Notes under the pieces: model-generated
Seen by the model: the letters and a program-made list of their open reading frames with translations, nothing else
Databases searched by the model: none
Told to the model about the DNA's origin: nothing
Program-made: the position numbers and the translations under genes
Part shown: in pieces, positions 23,522-35,829 of the stretch
Position numbering within the stretch: the stretch's first letter is position 1
Layout of the letters: each line of letters opens with the position of its first letter
Assembly: GCF_963506605.1 (NCBI RefSeq)
Contig: NC_083279.1
Coordinates: forward strand, 62,744,001-62,808,000
Length of the DNA stretch: 64,000 nucleotides
Origin: Zootoca vivipara
Lineage: Eukaryota
Direction: 5' to 3'

Positions 23522-23582
23522 CATCAGTAATGGTCAGAATCACCAGCACGCATGGCAAGGGAAGAGAAAAGCGGAAATCCAT
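23522..23582 (-). CDS. CD2-like gene A exon 1 (signal peptide)
   Basis: ATG at 23582, 61 nt, phase 1, GTAAGT donor: MDFRFSLPLPCVLVILTITD(G). Confidence 0.85.
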
Positions 23583-23639
23583 TTTAAGCACCTTCTTGCA
23601 TCGTGTGCTGAGAAGAGGATCTGGCTTTGCTGTTAAACC

Positions 23640-23975
23640 AACGTACTAGTCAGGAAATGATGTCAGAAGCAGGAATTTAAAAAAAGAAAAGAAGAAGAGC
23701 ATATACTGGAGGGATACAAGACTAATGTACAGTCAAAACAAAGCAGAAGGGTGTTTGGTTGACTGACCTCATGCTTTAGCCACATCACCTTGATGATCTA
23801 TTTCTATGGCCCTGTATGCAGGAAGTGGGGTGTGTAAGAATAAGATTCAGAAGGAGAGATGAAATAGTGCTCTAAGCAAGTTCATCAGAGCCAACAGGAC
23901 AGAGCTAGCAAGAATCCCAAGCAAATCCTGATAGTGTGCTACTTTTTCCTATTCATTGAAGCCCTTTGTTGACTG
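23640..23975 (-). promoter_or_regulatory. Putative gene A promoter with ETS/RUNX/TCF-like motifs
   Basis: CAGGAAAT (23651), GCCACA (23779), CAGGAAGTG (23819) and CCTTTGTT (23963) just upstream of the ATG. Confidence 0.35.
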
Positions 23976-26204
23976 ATATAAACACGGGAGTGCAAAATAC
24001 AACATAAACAACCTAATCCCAATAACAGTAGTCTTAACTTAATCATACTGAGTCGTATTCAACTACTGTATGTCATACGCAGAGGATGCCCACTGAAATC
24101 AACTAACTTTTACCCAGAGTAGACCTATTGAAATTAGTGGCCATAACTAAGTTAGGACCATTCATTTCAATGGCTCCACTCTGGGCTGGTGAGGTGAATC
24201 CTGCCCAACAGAACAAGCTAGATTCAACCAACTGAATTGGATTCAGACCAAAAGCTGCAGCACATATTGGGAGTGTGTGTAATTACTCTATATGCTTTGA
24301 GCATCAATGATAGCTCAAAGAATTCTGTACCTTTACAGATGCAACCAGCAGGAACAAGCCCCAAATGCACGAGGTCTTCTTTCTGATGACAAATATTCAA
24401 CCATGAATGAACTGTGCTGTATATGAAATTCATCCAAATCTTTGACCAATTTAGAAAAGATACAAATCTGTGTTAACTCAATTTGATACCGCAGCAGTAT
24501 AGTAGTTGTAGCATACATGTCGCTGTGGAAGATTATCCTATGCAAATACCTCCGATAATACTTTGCAGATACTCACATATGCCTCAGTTGAGAGGGTCAC
24601 AATAATGGCCCAATGCATGTGTGATCCCCACCACCCAAAAAGTGCGCTCTCACAAGAATGGCCAGGCCCAGCTTCACAGTCAGCATTCTAGAGAATTCTG
24701 CCCACCCCCCAAAAGCTACCAAACTCTGTCTCTACAGGACTGGCTGAAGGTCAGGATAACTATTCTGTCTCTACACATTCTGTAGATAACTATTCTGTCT
24801 CTGCACATACAGCGGGACGGGGGAGGGGAACCTCGCTGTGATCTAAGATGTGACAAAAATAGCCTTCTGTGAGAAAGGCAGTGATCTGAAACTTCAGACA
24901 TCTGCAGGCCAGTGGAGAGAGAGAGAGAGAGAGAAGACATCTGCAATTAAGAAGTCACCCATGGGTGCACTTGCCCTTTATATTTTTAGACCAGTACCGT
25001 GCAACTGCAACCTATACGTAGACCCCACCATCCTGCCCTAAGTGAATGCACTTGATTGGGGAAAGGCTCTATATTGCATCCAATAATAATTCTGGAAAGC
25101 AACTGAGGAATGAGGAAGAAACCAGCTCTCACCATTTGGGAAATATCAGATTTATGCTACTATTTTTTCCTGGTCATTTCTATGTGTTCAATATACATTT
25201 TATTCATGTTGCAAGTCAGATGCTAAGTTGGCACTTTCTCTGAACTTTCACTTTCTCTGTCCTGGTTCTAGACTTGCCTGGTCTTCTTCCTTTAATTTCC
25301 TCCCATGGCCCAACATATCAATCTACATATGTATTTCCGCCTTCCTGGGATTGTCTCATCTTGGCATTCTTTCCAGCCTGACTTTTGCCTGGCATCCCTT
25401 TGGAGAGGAACCAGGGGAATAACCTTGAGAAGGGGGTGCTGAGTGAGATGTAGAGCAAGGGCAAGTCTCCAATCAGGATTTGAGGAATACCCATCACCCT
25501 CTGGTGAGCTTCCGTTGCAGTGGTAGCAGCGATGCTCCAAAGATGCTCCAAAACTGTCATAGTAACTAAGTGCTGACACTTTGAGCACTGGACCCAGAAG
25601 AAAAATCAAGCGGGTTCCAAGGCAGGCGAAAGCAATGGGTCCTGCCATAGTGTTGGGGCCCACAACACTAGCCCAAGGATTCCAGGGACCAGCGCTGACC
25701 ATGCTTGCACTGCCTTAGGTATCCTGAATCTGGTGTCCTCCACATATTGTTGGACTACAATTCCCACCAGTCCCAGCCACTACGTGCTGGAGGACACCAA
25801 GTTGCTGTGGTGCAACACAATCCACTTTCCCCTCTCTTGCAAAGCCTTTCTCCTGTCTCACGTTCACCATCATCAGCTTGATCACCCAATCAAGTCTATC
25901 GCTTCATCCACCTCCAAGTCTAACACACACTCCCTTTGGTCTTCCTCAGCCTTGCATGAAATGGTCAAGGTGACACCACTGAGTCAGAGAAACATGAAGG
26001 AAGCAGTGTGTGGCCAATTCATCTCACAGTCTTCCTTGGTCCCTGCTGGACTACCATCCTAAGATACGTACCCTGAGCTTACTCTAGTTATTAGTGAAAC
26101 CCACGTCCCCACCCCTTCACCCCCAAAACACTTCTGGGGCAGTATAATGCACCCATCTGTCAAGTTTTGAGCTCTCTTCTCCACACTTTTTTGAGTTCTT
26201 GTTC

Positions 26205-26426
26205 ATTCACTTATTGCATTTCTATCCCACATTTTTCTCCAAGGGACTCAAGGTGGCGACTATGATTCTCCTCTCCATTTTATCCCCATGACAACCCTGT
26301 GATGTAGCTTAGGCCAGGAGGCAGCAACTCTCCCAAGGTCATGCAGTGAGTTTCATGGCCGAGTGGGGATGTGAACCCTGGTCTCCTAGGTCCTAGTCCA
26401 ACCCTCTACCCACTACACCACACTGC
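26205..26426 (-). mobile_element. tRNA-derived squamate SINE
   Basis: Minus strand A box (cagtgtggtgtagtgg) and B-box-like ggttcacatccc, acagggttgt core, AT-rich tail. Confidence 0.7.
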
Positions 26427-28395
26427 TTCTCACAACTGTTAGAGCTCAAAAACTCAGTTGCTGCAAAATAAATCTCCACTTTATGAAACTCTTTCATAGA
26501 GAGATGCTTTATAAAAAGGAGTGGGAACTGGCAGATGCAATTCTGTTTAACACTCTGAATAGGCCTCAGCAACTGCATTTTGCATCTCCTTGTTAACTTT
26601 CCTTCTGGGAATCCTGTGTTGTTTCTCACTCTGCTGCTGAAAGGTGAGGAGGTGTTTGGATGGCAGGTTGCTTGAAAATCTGCATGAGTCTGTCTACCTG
26701 GCCAGCCAGATAACAGAAGTCGCTTTTGGGTGGATTCCAGCAAGGGAAGTGAAACAACCATGCTATCACTTTCTTTGAGATTGAAAGTGAGAAGCTACGG
26801 ATGATAAGATTTCCCCAGTTGCATTTCATTATTGTGGGCTGACTCTGTCTCACACTCTGCTCTATGGTCTCATTTTGTATGGGAAATTTCTAATTAATTT
26901 TGGGAATTGCATGTGCGTAGTTTGTCCTCGTTCATTCATGTTAGTTTCTCTCTAGCCACATGATCCATGCCCATAAGTTTGTGACTGAACGTGAGTACGG
27001 ATCATTTGAAAAGTTGGGAATGTGCACTGCCAGGTACATCAGAAAGGCATACTCTATATTGACCTTCTTGAACAAAGATTATGATTAAAATGAAAAAGGT
27101 GGTGAATAACCCAAGGCAGAGAGAGACATTACTTAAACACAAATAAGATTTATTGAGAAAAGAAAAACCGAAATTTGGACTTATAGGAAAATCAAAGAAA
27201 CATAAATTATCTGTTTCCTAATGACTTATGATACGACCCTAAACATTTCTACTCAGACACAAGCCCTATTGAGTTTAATGGGGCTTATTCCCAAGTAACT
27301 GGGGTTAGTTAGCATTAACCATGAATTACAATGAGCTACTTAAAAAGTGTAAAATTTCACACAAAGTACTGAGTGACAAATCAGGGGTTGAAAGCTAAGA
27401 AGTGCAATCTTTTGGCATCCCCATCCAGATAGGCAAGAAGGTTCAAACTAGATTTCCAAGGACAACATTTATAGTTTCAAGATGGCGGTTATTTTGGTTC
27501 ACCTACCTTTTGATCTGATGCAAATCTGACGGGCAAGTTAGCAGCTTCTACGTTCAATGTGACTATTTATACGGTCTAATGTGGCCTAAGAGCACAGTCT
27601 GCAACCATAGTTCTATATCTTGGTCATTAATGAATGATTCTGAAACACTTTATACTTATAGGTTTAGTACCTAGCAAGGGGATGTGTGTTTAGGTGTGGT
27701 TTAGGCAGGAAGCAGAGTAAAAGCCAGTCGTACACAAATCTATTTTCCATTTGGGCTGAAACTTTTGACGTGAACAAGTCAGCAGGGTTTCCTTTTTTTA
27801 AAGAAAATAAACTTTTGCTTTTTAATGCATACACTTTTAGTAACTAAATTACAATAAAACATGTTCATATGCCAATATATATATAGAAGATATATCCAGT
27901 CCAGTCCCCTTGCAAAAGCATAGCTTCAGCTTCTATAGTCTTGGATTAAAAGAAACCTGAAGAATGACAAGTCTAGCAACTCATACCAACAGCAGTTTTA
28001 ATAATGCATCCCCAATAGGCATAGACAAGGATAATTAATGATCAGGGACAATGCAAGAGGGGAAGTTGGATGATACACAATACATATTAAACATTGCTTA
28101 TTTTAATCAGGACAATACAGTACAGTTGGGTCTTAACAGATTACAACATAATATTGAATCTATACATAAAACTCACCCCATTTGCTATCTATGTAATGAC
28201 AATTTGCTGAAAGAGCAGTTTCTCATCACCTCACGAAGAGGTAAAATGGCCTTTTATTGTTTCATATTTGCGAGATTAAAATTAGTAATAAGATTTATTT
28301 TTTTACACTTTGAAAGCCTCTGCCTAGCTACTAAATGAAAAGCATCTTCTGACAAACGAGATAGCATGTTAAATAGAATTGGGTCTCAGATGATT

Positions 28396-28442
28396 TCAGA
28401 ATTCCATTGTCTCTTTTCCCATCATGCATGTGTGCTGGGTCA
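28396..28442 (-). CDS. Gene B probable terminal coding exon ((V)TQHTCMMGKETMEF*)
   Basis: atttcttccag acceptor, phase-1 compatible; AATAAA on the minus strand at ~28255 and ~28295. Confidence 0.55.
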
Positions 28443-28659
28443 CTGGAAGAAATGCATATTTATTCTCTTAATTCCATTGCATCATCAAACCTCTCACAGA
28501 ACACAGTCCACAAGATCTGGAAGAACACAGCTGCCATCCCAGCAAACAGAGTTGTCACTCCTCAGTAGACTAGCACTACAACTCCTGACATTCATACACA
28601 GTGGTGGTGATAAAGTGTTTTCTTTCTCTGAACAGAAAAATAATATGTATACATCTATA

Positions 28660-28762
28660 AGATATTTCTCACCCTGTGGTCTCCAAACTTTCCCGGCTTT
28701 CCTGCATTGCAGGGGGTTGGACTAGATGACCCTGAGTCACTTCCAACTCTACGATTCTATGA
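28660..28762 (+). mobile_element. CR1 LINE 3' fragment
   Basis: gggttggactagatgacc...ttccaactctacgattctatga. Confidence 0.7.
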
Positions 28763-29032
28763 GTCCTCCTAAAACACTAAAGTACTTATCTCCCTCTGTC
28801 TAAAACTGGGGTGAAGATCCAACAACTGAGATCCAACATCTGGATCTCCAGATGTTGGCGGAGTAGTACAACTCCTATAATTCCTGACTGCTGGCTATGC
28901 TGGTGAGATTTGATGCCCAACAACATTAGGAAGCCACACATTCACCAACCCTGGTCTAAAATAAAGAGTTCGTTTTCTCTATACAAGACTTGTCAGAGCC
29001 AGACCACAGATGCGGTGGGGTTGTGCTTTTGC

Positions 29033-29121
29033 CATAGCTGCCAAGTTTTCCCTTTTCTCACGAGGAAGCCTATTCAGCATAAGGGAATTTCCCTTAAAAA
29101 AGGGAGAACTTGGCAGCTATG
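29033..29121. mobile_element. 89-bp hAT-type micro-MITE
   Basis: Same TIRs as 1153-1242; perfect 8-bp TSD gcttttgc. Confidence 0.88.
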
Positions 29122-29987
29122 GCTTTTGCCTCGGGTGGCAGAAGTACAAGAGGCGGCACCCCATCTGCCCCACCACTTCCACCACCACCAAATTTTAATA
29201 AGAGAGAGACATTCCAGCATGCAGTGCTGCCACTCATTGGGTGAGAGGGGGGCAGGAATTGTGCAGGGGCGTGGCAGGGGCAACAGAGGGGGGACAGGAG
29301 ACAGCACATTCCCATTTCACCTCACGTGGTGAAATGAGATGCGCCACATCTGAGACTTCCCTATTTTACCACAGCTCCAATTGACATCTGGGCAGCGACC
29401 ATGCTACAAATGCTGGACATTTCTGCTGCTTTCACTGTATAGAGAGAAATTCCACCTAGTCCAGCTTTCTGTTCTCGTAGTGTCCAACCAGATGCCTATG
29501 GAAGGCCCAGGAAAGTTCTGTTGTGCTCAAGTAATTCTTTCAGGCTCCCCACAGGCATCAGGTTGCACACTATGAGGAAAAAAAACTTCCAAAATTCACT
29601 TTTGTAAGTGTCCCCCAAATTTCATGGAGGCTCAATCACTTTTAGCATATTTATATTTCAGACTTAAGCTGCTTTATGTGCTAGTCATTCTCCTTCTCCA
29701 GAAACCTGATGTGCTATGAAGATGGCCAGAATAATCAGAGAATCCTCAGCACTTTTGCCTAACTACAGTTCCCAGGAGGCTGTGGGGGTGTTAAACCAAT
29801 ATAAAACTTAATATGTTTGCAAGATAAGTATGTCCTTAGATATTTAGCCAAGCAGTACAACCTCATCTGCCTATTGCCTTATAACTAGAAAAGTCCTCAG
29901 GATGCTCAAGAGATGCTCACAGCTAAACTATTTTAGATAAAAATGTGTCTTTCCTGTCTGCAGTGTGGTTCAGTTTTGGTCACTTAC

Positions 29988-30152
29988 CTTGAAAACTAGA
30001 GATATTTAAAAGCATGGGGTTTCCTGTGTTGGGAGCTGCTGCTGCTGCTATTGCTGCTACTGCAGTCTCTTTTTCATTCCCAGTTGAAAACCATTGACCT
30101 TCTTCTCTGGTTTCTATAGCCTGTGGTTTTTGTAACTCTGGACTTGCAGTTG
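29988..30152 (-). CDS. Gene B exon 6 (cytoplasmic)
   Basis: 165 nt, phase 1-1, ttgctttcttgctcag acceptor, GTAAGT donor, open frame TASPELQKPQAIETREEG...NISSFQ. Confidence 0.7.
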
Positions 30153-30443
30153 CTGAGCAAGAAAGCAAAAAGCATGGAAAGTAAATGCTGGTTCAGCACA
30201 ACATTAACATATAAGCATGTTGTAACACAGGAACAAACAAAAATTACTAAGTACAGTACTCTATAGGGGGAATAGGTTTTAGCATCATTACACAAGGTTT
30301 CTGTATACTATGGGGCTCACTCCCAGGTAAGTAGCCTTTTCTGAAGACCATAAATAGAGGGTCCAAAATCTGCCTTGGGTCCTTACTGGAAAGAGAGAAA
30401 ACAGATTAGAAACAACAAGAAGATGCTTGGGAAATGTAACTTG

Positions 30444-30861
30444 CGTAGGTGCCAAGTTCTGGATCGAAAAATTTGGGATCAGCAGTGCCACGGCACCTGA
30501 AGTCGCTTCTACGCACTTCTGGACATGCATAGAAGCGACTTCCGATGCCGCTGTGCCCATTTCCAAAATGTCCGCAGCGCCAGAAGTCGCTTCTACGCAC
30601 TTCCGGACATGCGTAGAAGTGATTTCTGGCGCTTCGGACATTTTGGAAATGGGCACAGCGGCATCGGAAGTCACTTCTACTCATGTCCAGAAGTGCGTAG
30701 AAGCGACTTCCGGTGCTGGCGCGGCACCAGAAGAACATGGCCCCCGGCAGGAGCTCTGTAATCCAGGGGAATACAGGGTATTTTGCCATTCGGGACACCT
30801 GTGGGAAACGGTAAGAAAATACGGGGGTTTCCCGGAGAAAACGGGGTACTTGGCAGCTATG
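30444..30861. mobile_element. hAT-type MITE with internal direct and inverted GAAGTCGCTTCTACGCAC repeats
   Basis: Termini cgtaggtgccaagt...acttggcagctatg; motif repeated 5-6 times in alternating orientation. Confidence 0.75.
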
Positions 30862-30926
30862 AACTTGTGGGACCTCCTGATAAATACAAAACCATAGTCG
30901 CATTTTTTGTGAGCATGTAGCTCAAT

Positions 30927-31049
30927 GTGACCCAGCACACATGTATGATGGGGGGAAAAGACAATGGAATTCTGAAATAATCTGAGACCCAATTCTATTT
31001 AACACACTATCTCATTTGTCAGAAGATGCAGTTCATTTAGTAGCTAGGC
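30927..31049 (+). repeat. Inverted ~123-bp copy of 28322-28443 (gene B last exon and start of 3'UTR)
   Basis: Manual alignment gives about 90% identity to the reverse complement of 28322-28443. Confidence 0.9.
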
Positions 31050-32542
31050 CAGGGACATCTTTCCCGTTTGGGCAAGCTGGTTGAAGGCTGACTGGGAGAG
31101 ATGCCTTGCACTCCAGTGCTGCATTGCTGTGGGGAACAAGTCCCTCTTGAAATGACCATGCTGTAAGAGTTGGACTCCCTCCATGCAGACGGAAGGTGTA
31201 AATATGCAAATAAAACAGATTTCTTAAAGCAGTCTCCACTACATCTTCGATTCTCCAGGGGAGCTCAAACCATCAGTGAATGCCTGAAACCCCCTGGAAT
31301 CTTGCTACTGGTCGGCAGTACTTTGTTGGAGTGGAGTTTAATTTATAAGGAAGGAAAACAGGCAGAACCATCACTTCTTTGAGGTGAGTAGTCTCCAAAA
31401 AAAAAACCAAAAATCCTTGCTTCCAGAAGCTGATCTGCAGTGCTTCAGAATGTCCTACTTACTAAGTGGCACTGTTCACATGAGTATTCTGCTCGCTGAA
31501 CTGTTAAATGCACTTGGTGGCAGCAGAACACAGTGTATGAATCACCCCATAATGAATAACAAACTAAACTTGGCAATGATGCACCGACACGACCTAAATG
31601 CAAGCACAGTAAAGAAGTTCTGAGAGCTTTCTGGTTTTTTATTTGTCTTTTAACTGGCATGTAAAACCATAAGAACTGCGGAAGAGTCTAGCTAGCTCCA
31701 ATGAAACAGATTTATGTTATTGTCTATGTATTCTCTTCCATTTATATCCCATCTTTCTTCCACCCTGAATCCAAATATACATGTGGTTGCAGGAAGTCTC
31801 CAGTCCAGGAACTGAATCTCATATATTAATTTAGGCCTGCTTCACACATCATGCTAACACAAACTATGTGTGAGTGTGGAGGCTCCCAGAGAGGAGATCA
31901 CAGCAGCTTTGCTTCTCATCAGTTGCTTGGCTGCTGCACCAAACTGGGAGAGCTAAACCATGAGCCTAGGTTTGTACAACACATCAAGCCATACCATGGA
32001 GTTGGAAAAGATTTTTCCCTCAGGCACAACTGGCCCAAGACATTTCCCTCCCCCAGCCCCAGCAGCTGTGTATTTGTGTATTTGGAAGGTCAAAACTGTT
32101 GGATCTCACACATGGCTTTGTTGGTGGCCTTGAGCAGAACCTTAGGTTGCAGGGCAGTGCCAGACTGTGGGTACTGGAGGACCCATGGCCTTCTTCTGTA
32201 ACATTTGGCTTGGCTCATTTCTCTCTGTGGTCTAGAGCTAAGGATTCCCAACAGAATTTGCTGCTTTCAGCTTCTGTGGTCTGAGGTATCTCCAAAACAA
32301 TTTGTTCCGGACCCGCACACCTTGATTTGCAATAGAAACATATCACACCAAAACCACCTTTGTTTGTTGTCCTCACACAATTACCAGGGAGAAAGGTCAC
32401 ACTCTTCCGACTTCCTCCTGTCCTGCCCTCAACTGCAACATACAGAGGTCTCTAGCAGTTGGGACTCTACAATCACAGTTTTAGATCCTATGGAAGCCTA
32501 AACACATAGAGATTAGTGTACACTGGTTTCTCAGCTGTAATA

Positions 32543-33575
32543 CCGTGTTTCTCACATTATAAAACATCCCTACAAAATAAGGCATGGCAGGATTTTTCTG
32601 AGGTGGCAAAATATAAGGCATACCTCGAAAATAAGCCATACCGCAGGTCTGTGGCAAAGAAGAGGAAAAGGAAGGGGGCTGCTCGGAACCGGATGCTGCT
32701 GCTGCGTTAACCCCCAGGACCCGGCTGCAGCCTTTGCGCGCGGAGCGCGAAGCCCCGGGTCCCGGCAGGACCCTCAGCGCACAGTGCGCGAAGCCCCGGG
32801 ACCCGGCTACAGCCTTTGTGCGCGCCGCGCGAAGCCCCGGGACCCGGCTGCAGCCTTTGCGCGCGGCGCGCGAAGCCCCGGGACCCGGCTGCAGCCTTTG
32901 CGCGCGGCGCGCGAAGCCCCGGGACCCGGCTGCAGCCTTTGCGCGCGGCGCGCGAAGCCCCGACACCCGGCTGCAGCCTTTGCGCGCGGCGCGCGAAGCC
33001 CCGACACCCGGATGCAGCCTTTCCACGCGCCGCGCGAAGCCCCGACACCCGGATGCAGCCTTTCCACGCGCCGCGCGAAGCCCCCGCTTGCAGACAGTCA
33101 CCGGGCTCTAACTAAGGTATGGACTTTTTACCTCAGGCGGGGAAATGGGGTGGGGGTCGGTTGGCGGCGAGGGAGGGGCGGAAGGAATCTGAGGGGTTGC
33201 ATTCTGACACGCATCTTGCCCCCGCCGCACAAAGCGGGTTGAGGATGTGCGCCCGGCTGAGGTGCAGGCATGGGGGGGGGGAGAGAGAGCAGCAAACGTT
33301 TCCTCAGGCGATCCGAAATAGCAGGGTGACTCCCTTGCCTGCCTGCCTGACTCAATCAACTCAGCAAAACCACCTCCGCTCCCCAGCTCACTGCCCGGTG
33401 TGGGAGCGAGAGGACACACACTCGCAACAGGACACACAAAACACGATAGCGGGGGGAGCTACTGCACTACCCATGTACTGTAATAAAAATAAGACATCCC
33501 TTGAAAATAAGCCATGGTGGGTTTTTTTGAGGAAAAAATAAATATAAGACATGTCTTATAATATGAGAAACACGG
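32543..33575. mobile_element. Tc1/mariner (Tc2-like CCGT termini) non-autonomous DNA transposon
   Basis: TIRs CCGTGTTTCTCAYATTATAARACAT, TA TSD (32541-2 and 33576-7), subterminal AAAATAAG repeats. Confidence 0.9.
32712..33085. repeat. GC-rich 40-41-bp minisatellite (~9 copies) inside the transposon
   Basis: Unit cgcgaagccccgggacccggctgcagcctttgcgcgcggcg; period 41 (32721, 32844, 32885). Confidence 0.95.
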
Positions 33576-33582
33576 TACTCAC

Positions 33583-33672
33583 GTTGGTCTTGCTTTCTCC
33601 TATAAACTACTGCATAGTCAGGCACATTCTTTCTCCAACTTGCATGGCGTTGTCTTCTTGTTTTCCAGAGAA
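33583..33672 (-). CDS. Gene B exon 5 (membrane-proximal cytoplasmic, Tyr motif)
   Basis: 90 nt, phase 1-1, AG/GTGAGT: VLWKTRRQRHASWRKNVPDYAVVYRRKQDQ. Confidence 0.72.
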
Positions 33673-35451
33673 CTTAAACCATATAAAATAAAAAGTGTGG
33701 AAATGGTTTTCATTGAGAACTGAAAGCACATATTACTGGTGCCGTAGTCACTCCTAATAGCCCATCACCTCCTACTATTATTGCAGGGGTGCAGACACAA
33801 TCCCATTTCTTTCTTTGCCTTTTCTTTTTCTAGAGCAAGTGAAAGGTGGGTCACATTCCTCCTGTCCATTACAGCCTTTATGAAAATTGGCACAGATTTT
33901 AAGGGAAGCTTAGAATAAAGTCTTTCCCCAGCAGTAACTGGCTTTCCGGCATATGCATACAGAAAAACCCTCAAGCTATTTTCTTTTTAACCAACTAGCT
34001 TTGCACCACTTAAAACATGGCCTGAAATATCCGTTGGCAACTTCCTCTTATCAGGGACCCTATGAAAGCTAAGAGGACAGGAGGCACATGCGAGAAAAGG
34101 TGTGGGCGTCAATTAATTGCTCACAACCCATCACGTGCTCATAGCCTTTCAATGCTGGCAGGAGGAAAGGCGATGGATCCAATTCTTTGTATTTTCCCTC
34201 TTCAGAGGTTGAGTCTTGGTGGCTAGAGATGGGGGAGTTCAGTTCACATTTAAAGGCAAATCTATTAAATTCACAGAAGCAAAATTCACAGAACCTTCCA
34301 TCCAAAAGAAAAAGGTAATAAGACAGGGCAGATGGGCTTGATGATAGCATGTATCATGCTGTGTTCCTACGAACTGATACAAGAATTCCCAAAGGAATCT
34401 TCACCTCTTAAAATATATCTACAATAACTTGGTTTTTTAAAAAATAAGTGCATGCATATACTTGCTATCAGCTCAGTTTGTATGCCTACCTAGTACACTG
34501 TGATTCATGTTAGTAAGCAAACAATTCAACAATGCCAGCAATCCCAAAGGGGATCTTCAGTTGAAAATGTCTTACTTTAGACTCAAGGATGTGGCTCTCC
34601 CTGGCATGCGCCAGAGGGTGGCAAAGTCTGCATCCTGGTTTCAGCTAGTCACAGTGCAGGGAACTGGAAGTGACACACTGCCCTGACACACTCACTGCAG
34701 CCTGATAAAAGACGGCAGGTCATGCGGGAGAGTGTGATAGACGCACACACAAAGGGGGGGGGGCAAGGAGAAAGGATTATTGGCAAGTGCACAGCAACGA
34801 AGGACAGCTAAGAAGCAAGGAGGGGGAGAACCTCTGTCCCAGCAAAACTGCTAGAAAATAATATTAATTGTGAGTGGGAGATGGGGAAAACGGAGAGGAG
34901 AAATCTGCAGCTACAGAGACAAAGCAGAGGCAGATTGAGAGAGTTGTGAGAGAACAGCTGTGAAAGAAAAAGAGACAGCTGAGGTTACAAACTTCAGTAA
35001 GAAAAGCTGAGTGAAGTTGTATGGGCTGCAGTGATCGGAAACACCCATATGAACTATTCCAGGTCTTTGAGGCCTCCCGTGTATTGGGGGGGGCGCACAG
35101 GGGGCTCTTACATGGAACAGAAATCCTGACACACAATGGGTTGTTATGTCCGAACCAAGAACTGCATTCGCTTCAACAAACTACAGTTTAAACTGAGCCA
35201 AGATCAGAAACCGCTGTTTCAATAAACCATAGTTTGGCCCTACCCATAGTTTGGTCCACTTCAGATGTAACCAATTATGGTCAGCTTAACTCAGGAAGCA
35301 GATGAAGATCTCTTCCTCTGATGCATGTTGGAGGAGGAGAGAGGACAGGAGAATGCTTGAGTCCACGTCTTGAGTAGGCTCACTCCTATTATGCTAAAGT
35401 ACAGTTTAGCATTATGTCCAAACAGGTGTTATATGCTGACCTCCATCTTGT

Positions 35452-35487
<36 letters not shown>

Positions 35488-35697
35488 AGAGAGGGGGGGG
35501 AGAGAGAGAGTGATCCCAATGTGCTTGGTGTGCTTGTAAAAAAAAAAGTGATCAGGCTGCACATGGATTTTCATCACCATGAGATGAAAAAGGTTTTATT
35601 GAGAAAGTAAAAGAAAGAGTTGCATTAGACAACCATCTGTACCTTTTGAGTGAGTTTCCCCCATTATGGTAAGCAAGGTAAGTCAAGGAAAGATTAC

Positions 35698-35829
35698 CTG
35701 GCTTCCTCTTCCATTTTCCAACATGATATATACATGAGCCCAATAGAACAAGAAACGCTGCAACAAGAGCTCCTGCTAAGATGAAGAAGAATATACGGGG
35801 CCAACATATTGTCTTCTGTGGATTAGGTT
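35698..35829 (-). CDS. Gene B exon 4 (transmembrane)
   Basis: 132 nt, phase 1-1: QPNPQKTICWPRIFFFILAGALVAAFLVLLGSCIYHVGKWKRKP; hydrophobic span plus basic stop-transfer. Confidence 0.85.

Noticed and set aside
25292-25702. 136-aa minus-strand ORF between genes A and B
   Set aside because: No recognisable domain or consistent splice sites; may be a decayed insertion
30288-30992. 128-165 aa repetitive ORFs on both strands
   Set aside because: Arise from the internal repeats of a MITE
32481-33242. Multiple overlapping Arg/Ala-rich ORFs up to 206 aa
   Set aside because: Artefacts of the GC-rich 41-bp minisatellite; not a gene, and not CRISPR (no unique spacers)
34069-34235. Possible gene B exon with KYKEL/GYEHV tyrosine motifs
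   Set aside because: The nearest acceptor gives the wrong phase for that frame; the phase-1 reading stops early
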